Assembly: GCA_951406725.2 (NCBI GenBank)
Contig: OX597819.1
Location: 52,018,001 to 52,082,000, forward strand
Reading direction: 5' to 3'
Source: Octopus vulgaris
Lineage: Eukaryota
DNA length: 64,000 bases
The translations under genes were made by a program, and so were the position numbers. This document shows positions 17,196 through 31,806 of this stretch, in pieces (the first letter of the stretch is position 1; the number at the start of each line of letters is the position of its first letter). The notes beneath the pieces were generated by a model. It saw only the letters and a list, made by a program, of their open reading frames with translations, did no database searches and was not told the DNA's origin.

Positions 17196-17947
17196 CATAC
17201 ATAAATATTTATGCACACACACATACATACACATGTCAAACCAACAATCCATCTATCCTTAAATACGCTCCTACATACATACATACAAATCTGCACATTC
17301 ACACACACACACGTACACACGTACACACAAATACATTCATACACACGTCAGTCCATCCATCCATCCATCCATCCATCCATCCATCCGTTCGTACCGCCAT
17401 CCTTCCCACACTACATACATACATACATACATACAGACATACTTTCACACACACACACATACACCCAACCCGTCTATGCCTACATACAGACATACACACC
17501 ATCTCATAAATGTGCTTACATATCGAAGACATTTTATTCGTTATTAGATTAAAGGTATTTATAGAATCGAATATAGTTTTCAAAAAAAAAAAAAAAAAAG
17601 GAAAAGAATAAGTCTTAACTTTAGATTTGAAGTAAGCGTTTGAACTCTGGAGCTGTGTGTGTCTGTAGAATATTCTGAAGCGATGGGAAATACTAACAAG
17701 AATTATAGGTAGGAAATATTCTAACAATGGCTAGATCTAACTATTATCTCTTACTTGCTTATTCAATACATGCAATTATTCTGCTATCAAATTTCCCCAG
17801 GCTTTTATCAAATATTACGCTTTGATGTCAAGGGATGTATGTATGTATGTACGTACTTGTGTACGCACGTAGTACGGATGTATGTATGTAGGTTTTTATG
17901 TATGTGTGTATGTAAGTTTCTATGTATGTATGTACATATATGTATAC

Positions 17948-18012
<65 letters not shown>

Positions 18013-18459
18013 TATGTACATCTAAAGATATATATATATATATACATATATATTTATACATACACATATATATGTATATATGCATATGATATATATATAA
18101 TTATAAATATATACAAATATATATATTTATATATCTATAATTTATATATACATATGCATATTTATATATATGTGACTGTGTATATATATTTTTTATTTAT
18201 ACACACACACGCATACACACACTCTCACACACACATACATATATATATATATATTAAATACACTCACATATTCTTACAATATACACTCAGAGATACATAG
18301 TTTTCGGATGATAGATAAATAGATAGATATAGGTATAAGTACTTTGACATATTAAGGTGTAGTTTCTAATGTATACTTACAACTGTGTACGTAGGCCTAC
18401 ATATAAATGTGTGGGTGGCTGTGCATCAGTGTCAGACCGTATCTCTATTTCACCTCTCT

Positions 18460-18524
<65 letters not shown>

Positions 18525-18588
18525 AACAGAGAGAGACGTATGGAAATGGTTATACATGCATACACACACACTCACATACACACACACA

Positions 18589-18643
<55 letters not shown>

Positions 18644-18737
18644 GTATGTATACACCCAAACATACTCAAACTCTCACACAAACATGTACATAGATATACA
18701 CGTATGTATACATATATATATATATATATATACATAC

Positions 18738-18772
<35 letters not shown>

Positions 18773-18869
18773 TGCGTGTATTTGTTCGTATATGAATGCG
18801 CATATACGTAAACGTGTGGGTATGTATATGTTTATATAATATGTATATGCTTATGAAAGTATGTGTGCC

Positions 18870-18914
<45 letters not shown>

Positions 18915-19380
18915 TAGCAAATGTATACATACATACACACACACACACGCACAAACACATCAACGTATGCACATTAAGTGACAAAAAAGAATTTTCCACA
19001 GTATATGCAGCTACACATATAGACACGCACATAGTTGAACATTGATAAAGGAATCGTACAATTATTTCATACATTCGTATACTTCAACATATGTCTTTCA
19101 CTCTTTCCTCCTTTTCTCTCCTTCTCGAACCCCTAACGTCAGCGCGACATACACACATACATCATGTGTGTGTGTGTGTGTGCGTGCATGTGTGTGTGTG
19201 TGTGTGTATACACGGGTGTATATATGTATGTATCTATGTATGTAAGTTTGATTAATTTGCAGTAAATTTTGATGGCCCACCTACTTTTGTTGGAAGATTG
19301 TGGCGGAAAGCATCTTATTTTGTTCATTATCCTTTAAGTGCGAAGGTCTTGCAGATTTTTATAGTCCCAGATATTGTGAT

Positions 19381-19607
19381 CGGCGAGCTGGCAGAAACGT
19401 TAGCGCGCCGGGCGAAATGCTTAGCGGTCTGTCGCAACGTTGTGAGTTCAAATTCCGCCGAGGTCGACTTTGCCTTTCATCCTTTCGGGGTCGATAAATT
19501 AAGTACCAGTTATGCACTGGGGTCGATGTAATCGACTTAATACCTATGTCTGTCCTTGTTTGTCCCCCTCTATGTTTAGCCCCTTGTGGGTAATAAAGAA
19601 ATAGATA
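19381..19607 (+). mobile_element. SINE family B
   Basis: GGCGAGCTGGCAGAAACGTTAGC head; tail TTTAGCCCCTTGTGGGTAATAAAGAAATAGATAT. Confidence 0.9.
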
Positions 19608-20878
19608 TCATTTGTAATGCATGAATTAAGGATTTGCGAAATACGGCTACGCATTTCGCCCGGCATGCTAACGTTTCAGCCAGCTCGCCCCACTTCTAGC
19701 AATAAATATTCACACTTCGTAATGTTACAGGGAGTTGTTCACGATATTCATATACGACGGCGCTAGATTATCGGATCCCTTCGGTCTTTGTCAATCCTTT
19801 ATATACTTATTATTTTAAACAAAGTAGAATAGGGTGGTATAAGATTACATAGAAACGATAGGCTTTCCGTAATACATAAATAAGGACTGGGTTATTTAAA
19901 GCAACCGCCGTAGAGCATATCTTAGTTTATTCAATCAATTTAAACTTATAAAATTATAACGTATACAAATCTAAAAAGAACTGCATGTGACGCCCTCTGG
20001 CAAAAGGCCATTAACACAAAGGAGATAATTATTCCCTCACAGCAAATCGGGATTAAGAATTCGAACTTGAAAGTAAGGATTAGGAGGAAGAAGATCCGTA
20101 GAATTAGCTTATTTAGATATTTTTACGAAGTTCTTACAATTTGTAGTTGGTGGTAATCATGTATGGCACTATTTCATTGTTGATGTGTTTGCGTCTTTGT
20201 AAGGTAGCGGTTCGGCAATAGAGACCGACAGATTAAGAACAAGGCTTTAAAAATTAAGTACTGGAGGAGTCGACTAAAAATTATTCAAAGCTGTGCCCCA
20301 GCATGGCCGCATTCAGATGACCAAAACAAGTAAAAGATAACAGAAAGATCCCATAAACACTAACTATACAATATTCCAACAGATACACAGCATGCAAAAT
20401 AAAGATTCCAAACAGCCTCCGGCAATCATTAACCACATAGTCAACATTATCAGCAGGCTTATCTCTAAAACCAATTTACTGCTTCTGCTCTCCAGCAACA
20501 CTATTGCCGCCATCATCACCAGCAGCATCAATTGGCCAAGACTGCAGACCTTGAGCCACCACACTTGCCTTCCTAGAAACAACAGTTAAATCTCATATCA
20601 TATTCCACTGTTTTAAAGAATGGAAGAATACATTTATTAATGTAAACAGGAAAGTCACGGCTGGAATGCCTTTTGATCGTTGGTCTGCTCCGTCAGTTTT
20701 AACCTGGTGGTGAGGGGTTCAACACCAGCAACACCATCAACAACCTTATAACCGAGCTTTAACGTAGTCGCTTGACCTGCTAAAAATGGCAAAGAAAATA
20801 TCCCTCAAAGAACATCACATTGATTAAAAAGTAAAGTACACATCGGAAGTTGTATATCTGAATACACTCTTACCGAAA

Positions 20879-20956
<78 letters not shown>

Positions 20957-21262
20957 CGGCGCTGGTGGTGGTGGTGGTGATGATGATGGTGATGGTGGTG
21001 GTTGTAGCTGTTGTTGTTTTTATAGTAGTAGCAGTCCTTTCTGCTATAGGTACACTAGGCTTGAAATTTTGGGGTAAGGGGTTAATCGATTAAAACCCCC
21101 AGTGCTCAACTGGTACTTATTCCAGTGATCCCAAAACGATGAAAGGCAAAGTCACCATCGGAGTTTTGTCCGGAATGCTAACGATCCATGAAAGTCAACG
21201 TGGACCTTGAAAGTCAAAACGTAATGATGGATGAAATGCGATAATAACAATAATAATAATCG

Positions 21263-21562
21263 TGGCACTCCGTCGGTTACGACGACGAGGGTTCCAGCTG
21301 ATCCGACTAACTGAACAGCCTGCTCGTGAAATTTAACACGCAAGTGGCTGAGCACTTCACAGACGCGTGTACCCTTAACGTAGTTCGCAGGGAGATTCAG
21401 CGTGACATAGTGTTTGACAAGGCTGGCCCTTTGAAATATAGGTACAGCAGAAACAGGAAGAAAGTCGTGGCGAAAGAGTACAGCAGGGTTTGCCACCACC
21501 TCCTGCCGGAGCATCGTGGAGATTTAGGTGTTTTCGCTCAACCACTGGGCCATTGCGCCTCC
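21263..21562 (-). mobile_element. Mosaic SINE (family C-like 5' body plus family D tail) in (AAT)n
   Basis: The 5' part resembles 2618-2790. The 3' part (TATTTCAAAGGGCC...CGACGGAGTGCCA) matches 30240-30403. Confidence 0.75.
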
Positions 21563-21563
21563 T

Positions 21564-21624
<61 letters not shown>

Positions 21625-22711
21625 TAACAATAGTTTCAAATTTTGCCAGAAGGGCAACCTTTTTTTGTAGTGGGGAGATGAGTCGATTACATTGGCACCA
21701 GTGTTTCACTGGTACTTAATTTATCGACCCCGAAAGGATGAAAGTCATGGTCGACCTCAGTGGAATTTGAACTCAGAACGGCGACGGGCAAAATGCTAGC
21801 AATTTGCCCAGCGTGCTAACGATTCTGCCAGCTCGCAGCGCCTTGATAATAATAATAATTGAAACCTTGATCTCGCAATCGTGAGTACAACACCCTAACC
21901 ACTAGGTCATGACCCATTGGGTCACCGGGAAACTCTGAGTTTCCCAGAAAGAGAGTTTTGTTTCGTAGACTGGAAAGATTTGGCAGCTATTTCCTGCATG
22001 CCCTGCGGCCGCGTAACAGGTATTTCGGGTCATTTATCGCAAATAGCTGTTACGTGATAGCAGGATGTGTTAGAAACAGCAGCCAAATCATTGGAAGGGA
22101 AATACGTTGAATGCACTCGAAAATAACTATTTCACACAGAGGTTACGAACGGGTCTGTTATGAAATATGTACCGTATTTTTGAAGTCAATTTTTCTTTAC
22201 AACATTTTTTAAATATGCCAAAAAAAATTTTGTAATCGTATTCACTCGAAAATAATTTTTAAAAATATTAAAATATTGTCTGCTTAAAGAAAGCTAAAAT
22301 ATACATTCTTACTGTAGAAACAGCTTACATTTTTTGAGATCACATTCACTTAAGAATATTTCTAAATGATTAAAATATTGTGCTTAACAAAAGCGACAAC
22401 AGAAATTGTGAAAAAAAAATCGGTTTTTATTTCCGTTGTCTAATAGAAAGATAAGAATTTCTTCCCTTTCAGAATGAAGATTATTTTCGGAACATTTTCC
22501 CATTATGCACCGTTTTGGGGTATTTATACTCTGAAAATCTCTAATATCTTGAAAACTACTTTACCGATTTACGCGAAACTTGTTTCATTCGATTCGTATT
22601 AACATTTCAGGGTAAACTTAATTCATGGTATTTCCCCATTATCCGCCAGTTTCGCTGAGTAATATTACAAGCAAGCAAGACTGACTTTTAATGTATATAT
22701 ATATATGTATG

Positions 22712-22784
<73 letters not shown>

Positions 22785-22930
22785 GAAAAATACAAACTGG
22801 GACAAGAACGTAAAACATTTAGAAGACGGTACAAAAAACACGGACGGGACATTCGAAGCCTTCAATCTTCAGTCAAGAACCGGATCATCCTAGCAATTTC
22901 GGCTGATTAATCTTGATACATTATATATAT

Positions 22931-23089
<159 letters not shown>

Positions 23090-23093
23090 CACA

Positions 23094-23130
<37 letters not shown>

Positions 23131-23132
23131 GC

Positions 23133-23170
<38 letters not shown>

Positions 23171-24186
23171 GCTATTATGCAAAAGTGTCGTAAGTCCAAA
23201 ACGTTGCGTTTTCTGAAAACGAAAGAATAGATTCACTGTTCCATTTCTTTCTTTTTACATTATCAACAGTTTCAGCTTAATAATAAAACTTTATTGGGTA
23301 CATAAAATCGTAACTCAGTACCTGTATAATATTTTCAGCCAAAAATATTTTTTGCAAAACTGTCGTATGGGGGACTTATTAATTACACCTTTGAAAAATG
23401 TTAAACCGTTCTACTTAGACTTTGATAATTTTCACCAGAAGCAGCTGGAGATACGATAGTTTGACCAAAAGAACCGTATATACATATATATTTCAAGCTA
23501 ATTTAAATATTGAAAAACAATGCATTTGACCAAATTTGGACATATGATAGTTTAGCAACGATATACACACGCACACATGTACTCATGTTTTCATGCGTGC
23601 ATTTATATAAATATTTTGTAAGCTCTCCTTCTCGTTCGCTCTCTCTCACTTCCTCTCTATCTATCTCATACTCTATCTATCTCATACTCTATCTATCTGT
23701 CTATCTCCCTCTGCCTCCCTCTCTAACTATCACCGTCCCCCCCTTCCTTTATTCCTCGGTCAATCAGTCTATCTCTCCATCAATCTTTGACTCCGTCTTT
23801 TCCGCGCTGTCCACGTTCGCGCCGCGGTGAGCATTCATTCTTAAAGTTGATTAGAATAACATAAACAGATAGAAAGTTTAATGAGCCTCCAAGGATCCTT
23901 CATCATTCACTAAGGTGCCATCATCTTGTAACAATATCCTCCACGCCCTTCTCCACCACCACCGCCACCACTACCACCACCACCACTACCACCGGCCAAC
24001 AAACAAGACAACAATCGCGCCTTTAAAACCCTCTCTCCTCCTCCTCCTCCTCCTCTACCCTTTCCTCCTTCTTTTGCTTCCTATTTTTATTCTTGTTTTT
24101 GGTTTTTCATTCCGCCCATTTTCCCCTTATCTTTTTATCATCTCTCGTCAGCACCTTTTCTCCATCCTTATCTCTTTGCATCTCAG

Positions 24187-24219
<33 letters not shown>

Positions 24220-24328
24220 GAGTTTTCTCTCTATATGACTCTCCCTCTTTGTGTGTGTGTCTTTCTCTTTGTTTTTCTCTCCCTCTTCATGTTGCTTTCT
24301 CTGTCTCTTACTTTATCTCTCCGCTTCT

Positions 24329-24381
<53 letters not shown>

Positions 24382-25283
24382 GTGTATATATATCTCTTTC
24401 ACTCTGCCTTTGTCCCTCCCCCTCTCTGTCTTTTTGTGTGTGTTTCACTCTCTCGATCTCACTCTCCACTCTCTCTCCCTGTCTTTTTCATTGTCTCTCT
24501 CCCACTCTCTCCCGTCTCATTCCCCCTCACTCTCATTCTTCCCTCTCTTTCCTCTCTTACATCTCTGTGTCTTTCACTCTCTCTCTCTTTCTCCGTTTCT
24601 CATCGTCTCTCTCATTCACTCCCTACGTCTCTCTTTCCCTGTCTCTCTCTCTCGTCAGCACTCTCTCGGTCTCTCTCAATCTCTATCTCTTTCTCTCTCT
24701 CTTTCCCTTTCTCACCGTCTCTTTCCTTCTCTATTCCTATCAACCTATCTCTGACTCCATCTCTCGCTAATTGCCATTCTATTTGATTACACTCTCACTG
24801 ATTCACTGATTAGTCTTAGTGACTGCTGCTGTTGCTATTACTGCTATTACTGCTACTGCTGCTGCTGCTGCTGCTGCTGTTACGCTGAGTTTCCCGCTCA
24901 AGTTGCGGCCAACTAATTTCGTGACATTGATAACACAGTACAACTTGCCTCAACAATGAACTCTAGTATTCTCTCAGCTCACGACAAGTTCATTTCGCCT
25001 CGTTGATTCTCATAACAAACAACAAACGCAATAATAAACATAATAACAATAAACATAATAATAACACAAATCAAACAAATCAAAATTAAAACTAAAACTA
25101 AAACTAAAACTAAAGGAGAAAAAAAAAATTAAAAAAAAAAAACAAAGCAGAAGGAAATTTCAATGCAAGTGCGTACGCACATTCATTTCATGCACAAACA
25201 CATTCAAAGACAATCGCCGACTTACACACACACACACATACACACACACACACACACACATACACACACACACACACATACAT

Positions 25284-25315
<32 letters not shown>

Positions 25316-25590
25316 GTATGCACATATCCATACATTCATACACACATGCGCAAACTCACAAACATAAATACATACGTACAAACACACACACACAAATACA
25401 CACACACACAAACATACATATATACACACACATATCCATACATGCATGCATACATGCGCATACTCACACACATACATACATACATACATACATGCAAACA
25501 CACACACACACACACATATATATACACACATCCATACATGCATGCACACATGCGCAAACTCACACGCATACATACATATATACAAACACA

Positions 25591-25646
<56 letters not shown>

Positions 25647-26109
25647 GTCGTCCTTGATCGCCGCCATCAAATCAAGTCCATTCGTGGTTGATCATGTGCC
25701 CTGATAATGTTTGTTGCTAATCATAATGTGGATGATGATGATGACGACGACGACGACGATGATGACGGCAGTGGTGGTGGTGGTGAGGCGGAAGAGGTGG
25801 GAATAGGAAGAGAAGAAAAAGAAGCAGAGCCAGAGGAAGAAGGAGAAAAGAGAGATGGGATGAAGCGGGGAGGGTGGGAGGTGGAGGAGGAGGAGGAGGA
25901 GGAGGAGGAGGAGGAGGAGGGGGAAGAAGAGGACAATGGCGATGATGGTGACGATCATGACAGCTACGACGACAACGATGATGACGATGAGGAGAATGGA
26001 TACGATAATAAAATCCTGATGATCATCGTCATCATCATCGTTATCATCGTCATAATCATTATTGTCGTTATTATTCGCTTTATCATACTCATCATCATCA
26101 TCATCGTCT

Positions 26110-26142
<33 letters not shown>

Positions 26143-27023
26143 TGATTTAGATCGATCCAGACCTTTGGGATATGGACTGGATAGCCAAAAACTGTGAACC
26201 CCTGTCTGCCGGATTGTAACTCTAATTCAAGAAGTACGGCCTTACTCTTAGTCATCGAATATGTCACACTGGTTTTGCCTGAGTCTTCCATTCAGGGTAC
26301 ACATGTCTGTGGAATACTCAGCCACTGACACTATGATAACACAACGAGCTGAAAGTTTCGTTGATCGAACATAGAACGTTCATCGTTGAACTCGACGGAG
26401 GATTGATTTACTTCGATTTAGAGTTCCCTGATTGTTTCTTTTAATCTTATATAGTTCCTGCTGGTGTTGTATAGTCCAAGTCCAGCATTAAACGAGTGAA
26501 TTTATGATCAAAGTTTTCCAGCAGTGACTATCTTGTTAAAACGGTAGAATATGATATTTTCAGTAGATTGAATGACCGCGTAAGGCTCAATAGGTGTGAC
26601 ACATTAATTTTTGTTGCTGTTGCTGTTTTTAAGCCCATATGATTTTATTTAGAACTGTGGTGGCGCGGAAAATAGTGTGGAATTTTTCTGTAGGACATAG
26701 ACTACAGGAGCTTGACCCATTTTTAAATGTTATAAATAATGCAAAATCGCTATGATCAATCCTCACTAAGGCATTTTTAAGACACAAATATGCACTTACT
26801 CAGATATAAACACTATCACACATGCATACATATAAACCACCGTAGAGTGCCACAAACAACTTACACTTGGAAAGGAATAAACGCCACAACATTATGTATA
26901 TTAATGTCTAGATATTTGATGTTGTTGTTCTTTGTGAAAAGATAGATTGTTGTTTTATAATGTTTGCAGTTATACTTATTTTCCGGTTTCGGACCTGTTT
27001 GTAATTCACGTTACATATTTAAC

Positions 27024-27271
27024 CTTTACTTGTTTTCAGTCATTGGATTGCGGCCAAGCTGGGGCACCTCCCTCGTGGAATTTAGTTGGATAAATCGATC
27101 CTAGTACCTTTTAAATTTTAGTACTTATTCTATCGCTTCTTTTGCCGAACCGTTAAGTTACGAGGACGTAAGCAAACTAAGACTGGTTGTCGAGCGTTGG
27201 GTGAGACGAACAGTGACACAAACAGTGATACTGAGACACAGAAAAATACTCAACTACATACAAACACACAT

Positions 27272-27302
<31 letters not shown>

Positions 27303-27450
27303 AGGCTTCCACACAGTTTCCGTAAATCTAGTTCACTTGCGGAGTATTGGTCGGCACGGGACTATAGAGGAAGACACTTGCCAAAGGTGCCGCATTGTGG
27401 CACTGAGCTCGAAACCACTTTTGTTCCAAGGCCAGCTTCGTATGCCTGCG
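27024..27450 (-). mobile_element. Diverged SINE family A
   Basis: Recognisable family A tail, internal (CA/TA)n and head. Confidence 0.75.
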
Positions 27451-28314
27451 CTTTATCAAACATCTCGTCACCGTCCCTGGGAAATGTGTGAACATCACAA
27501 CACCCCATGTATCAGACCCTTTATCCAATCACCTTCAGTTCCGATCCGAATTATGTAGTTATTTATGCTGTTTTATTTTGATTTTTGTTCTTTTTTGTTT
27601 GATGGTTCGGGGGGGGAGTACAGTTGTTTAAGTCGCTTAAAACTGAACAGACTTATGATGAAAGGCATTCCAGCCATGACCATCCCATCTGTTTTCTTTC
27701 TTTCTCTCTTTTTTGTTGATAAGTATAGTTTGAAGACTGTATTATCCTAAAAGTTTTCATGATTTTAAGACAGTAATGGGTAATCCTGCGACGGACCGGT
27801 ATCCCGTCTAGGCGGGGAGTATATGCGCCGCAGAAACTGGGAAACCCGCCCTATGAGCCTAGATAACTCACAAAACGATCTATTGTGTGATTTGAGGGAG
27901 AGAATAGGCTGTTATTTCTTTGAGATCGTTCCACTATTTACAGACAACGTTAGGTTGAAGTAGCTATCAAGCTGTTTTTTTTTTTTACTTAACCCCAAGT
28001 TAGTTCTAACAGAAAAACTTATCAAAAGCATTCCAACCATGATCAACCAAATTGATTTTTTTTGTAGTATATATTTGAAGACTACATTATCCAATATGTT
28101 CATTTTACAAAACGCTATGGTGTGACTTAAGGGGTTAACAGATTATACAAACGCGTTCAGACTCCCCAGTTAGGTTGGTGAAGTAACTACTGCTAAAGGG
28201 AGCGTCTAAAAGAGATAAGCTCAGCTTCCGGTTTATCTCGAAGATAACAACCCTAGTTCGATTTCCCTTTGTAGCCAAACCATTTCGGTCAACCCACGCA
28301 CCCTACCGTATAAC

Positions 28315-28340
28315 CCCCACCACTATGCATAGTGGTGGGG
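28315..28340. repeat. Perfect 26-bp palindrome
   Basis: CCCCACCACTATG|CATAGTGGTGGGG. Confidence 0.95.
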
Positions 28341-28651
28341 ATATGATGACCCTGGATTCCCCTTTTTATTCCTCCAACAGTATCAAGTTATTGTTGTTAA
28401 AAATCTGTCACCAAGGGCTTAGCTTTTAATGGCCGACTGATAAACATCATTACGAAGCTTTGTTATCACGTGTTGCGTTCCTGGACATTAATTAGAATCA
28501 ATGGCGCCAATTAGTATGAATGATAAAATTGGTGTCGGCGAGGGATGTGGTAGTGGTGGCTAGGGTAAGGGATGTAGTTGTTGCGGTGTTGATGAAGATA
28601 GCGGCGGTGGTAGTGGTGATAGCTGTGGTGGTGGCGAATGTGATGATAACG

Positions 28652-28707
<56 letters not shown>

Positions 28708-29087
28708 GCTGCTGCTGCTGTTGGTCTTCGAGTGGTTGATGGTGGTGGTGGTAATGTTGGTACCGCTGCTGTTGTTGTTGCTATTGTCGTTAAAGTTCAC
28801 TTATGATATGTAGGGGTAATTTAAAGAATGTAGTGATTATGGCGAAGGTTTCATCGCTTGCGTTGTTTAACACCAGGTCCACGCAAATCGAGCAAACCAT
28901 TGATCAAAAGGTGTAGTAATGGTGTTGGTGCTGGCGTTGATGGTCTGGTAACGTTGAGACTTATTGTGCTGGTGCTGGTGGTGATAGTGGTAGTGAAGGT
29001 GGTGGTGGTGGTGATGATGGTAATGGTAATGAGCGTTGCGGTACTGGTGCGATTGTGGTAGAAGGTACAGTAGGGCTGATTGTAGTC

Positions 29088-29140
<53 letters not shown>

Positions 29141-29257
29141 TATGGTGGTGGTTATGGTAGTGGTGATGGTGATGGTTGTGGTGGTGGTGGTGAACGTTGT
29201 GGTGCTGGTGCGATTGTGGTAGAAGGTACAGTAGGGCTGACTGTTGTTGTTGTTGTT

Positions 29258-29305
<48 letters not shown>

Positions 29306-29704
29306 CAGTAGGGCTGAGTGTAGTAGTAGTGGTGGTCGTGGTGGTGGTGATGGTGGTCGTGGTCGTCGTCGTAGTGGTGGTTGTAATTTTGATGAGTAAC
29401 GTGAGAATTGTGGTACAGTACAAGGCGTTTCTAACATGGATAATGGTTGATGAAGTTTGAGGTACCAGTGATAGCTGTAGTAAAGGCTATGGTGACCAAA
29501 TATAGTACAAGTAGTAGCTGTGGTAGCGATGATTGTGGTGGTCGTCGTAGTATTAACAGTAGCAGTATTTGTGTTACCGTTGTTGATTTTAGTGTTGGTA
29601 GTAGTATGGTTGTGATGGTTGTGGCGTTAGCAACAGTCAGTGGCATGTACAGTATTGGTTGTAGTGGTATTAGTTGCTGTATACGTAAAGTTAGAGCTAA
29701 AGTA

Positions 29705-29937
29705 CAGGGTGTTCACAAAGTCTCTCCGCAGTAAGTATTTAATGGTTTTCGGGCGATTCTTCTACACTGGTCCTTTACTTGCTCCCTAGAAAAAAAAATA
29801 TGGCGGTGTTAAATCAGGTGATCTTGGTGGCCATAGTCTCTTCGAAATAATTCGTTCACCGAAAAGCTCTTGAAGTAGCGCCATGGTGATGCGCAGGATG
29901 AAAAAATTCACTGCGGAAAGATTTTTTGAACACCCTG
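29705..29937 (-). mobile_element. Tc1/mariner-superfamily deletion derivative (MITE-sized; rosa/DD41D-like)
   Basis: 28-bp imperfect TIRs CAGGGTGTTCACAAAGTCTCTCCGCAGT at 29705-29732 and 29910-29937, with TA flanks. The internal minus strand reads MALLQELFGERIISKRLWPPRSPDLTPPYFFF*G. Confidence 0.85.
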
Positions 29938-30094
29938 TACTAGAACTGGTGCTTGTGACTGAGATGTCACTGATGACAATAACGGTGCCTTATAGTATTG
30001 GCTGTAGTAGTACAGCTATAGTATTCATAATACTAGTGGTGATGAACTAGTTTGTGGTTTGTGGTGATAGTGGTGGTGACAGTAGAGATATGGT

Positions 30095-30403
30095 GAAGGC
30101 ACGTGGTTTAGTGGTTAGGGTATTTGACTTAATATCGTAAGGTCATAAGTTCGATTCCCGGCAACATGTTGTGTCCTTGAGCAAGACACTTTATTTCTCA
30201 TTGCTCCAATCTACTCAGCTGGCAAAAATGAGTAGTACCTGTATTTCAAAGGGCCAAACGTGTCACACTGAATCTCATGAGGACTACATTAAGGGTACAC
30301 GTGTCTGTGGAGTGCTCAGCCACCTGCACGTTAATATCACGAGGAAGCTGTTCTGTTGATCGGATTGACTGGAACCCTCATCGCTGCAACCGACGGAGTG
30401 CCA
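30095..30403 (+). mobile_element. SINE family D (tRNA head plus CORE-like domain)
   Basis: A-box TGGTTTAGTGG, B-box GTTCGATTCC, CORE-like TGTGTCCTTGAGCAAGACACTTTA. Confidence 0.85.
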
Positions 30404-30604
30404 GTGCCAGTGGAGGTATAAGTAGTGAATTTGCATCTCGGAATCTTAATTGTCCTCCATGGGTAATAAATGAAACAAATATCTCCTATTTCTATTTAGG
30501 TACGAAAACGATTTTCTCATTTTAATATTTTTTCAAGCGATGTCATATGAAATTGTCACCCATAATTATGACCCTAGTATCAATCTATTGCATTTCAATC
30601 TGTT

Positions 30605-30650
30605 TTAGGGTTAGGGTTAGTTAGGGTTAGGGTTAGGGTTAGGGTTAGGG
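30605..30650 (+). repeat. Interstitial telomeric (TTAGGG)n tract
   Basis: About 7 TTAGGG units with one TTAG variant, followed by GGTGGGGG. Confidence 0.9.
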
Positions 30651-30954
30651 GTGGGGGAAGGGTCTCTTTTCTTCTTCAGAAATGTAAATAAACCCAATCT
30701 GTTTCTTAAATGAGGGACATATTCATACGGCACAGAATGTTTTTCACCTCAATAGACGTCATTGATTGGTTGAAATTGCAGAAATTGAAGAAAAAAACAA
30801 CAACAAATATCTTAACAAACTATAGAATTTTCTCAATAAATCCAAGAGAAAAAGATGTTTTATAAACACATTCTTCCAGTAAACGAAGTTTAAAAGTGTT
30901 TACTTACGTGGAAATTATTTTAAAAAACTGCCGTTCAAACCGAAAAGATCCATA

Positions 30955-31166
30955 TTTTCTCCTCAAGGCATAAGGCCCGAAATTCTGGGGGAGGAGGCCA
31001 GTCGAATAGATCGACCTCAATACGCAACTGGTACTTAATTTATCGACCCCGAAAGGATGAAAGGCAAAGTCGACCTCGGCGGAATTTGAACTCAGGACGT
31101 AACGGCATTCGAAATATCGCTAAGTATTTCGCCCGGCTTGCTAACGTTTCAGCCAGCTCGCCGCCT
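30955..31166 (-). mobile_element. SINE family B (alternative tail)
   Basis: Family B body and head on the minus strand. Confidence 0.85.
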
Positions 31167-31764
31167 TTTCTCATTTAATGTCGTATTATGGTAAACTGGT
31201 AAACAATTATCTCATTCTAAGTTTGTATTATAGTGATTTCGTCAAATGACAGTTCGTTGAGGGATGTTTTTAGCTCAAAATTTACACGCTTTTATTCATA
31301 GTTCTATCTGCTTCGAGATTCACTGTTCCAAAAAAAAAAAAAGAAAAGGTAACTTGGAGTTTCTAAATTTTTATGATATGAACAATATATAATTTTTAGC
31401 TAGGGCGGCGAGCTGGCAGAAACGTTAGCACGCCGGGCGAAATACTTAGCCGTATTTCGTCTGCCGTTACGTTCTGAGTTCAAATACTAATAGTGTAAGG
31501 GAAAACATTTAATTTAGGTTACACTGCGGCACACCAAGCACCGTCTCGTGGTATACAAATACTAGTGTGCCACGGCATACCGGTTACGGAGCACTGCTCT
31601 AGAATGGAAACTGAGCTAGATGTTAACTGCTATTTTTAGCAGGCCGTGTAACCGCATAGACAGGAGCAGCAACAGCGGCGATGGCGGTAGTAAGTATTAT
31701 AATTGGTGGTAGTTGCGGAGAAAGTGCTGCTGCTGCTGTTGTTGTTGTTATTGTTGTTGTTGTT

Positions 31765-31806
<42 letters not shown>

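Noticed and set aside
22780-22920. TA-flanked island with minus-strand CTGAAGA and GCCGAAA
   Set aside because: The motifs are in the wrong order for one type I HHR and the pairing is inadequate. It is probably a repeat fragment that I cannot classify.
29030-29325. Repeated unit GGTAGAAGGTACAGTAGGGCTGA with variable spacers (CRISPR-like look)
   Set aside because: The spacers are triplet microsatellites, there are only 2-3 units, the context is eukaryotic and no cas genes are present. It is a local duplication.
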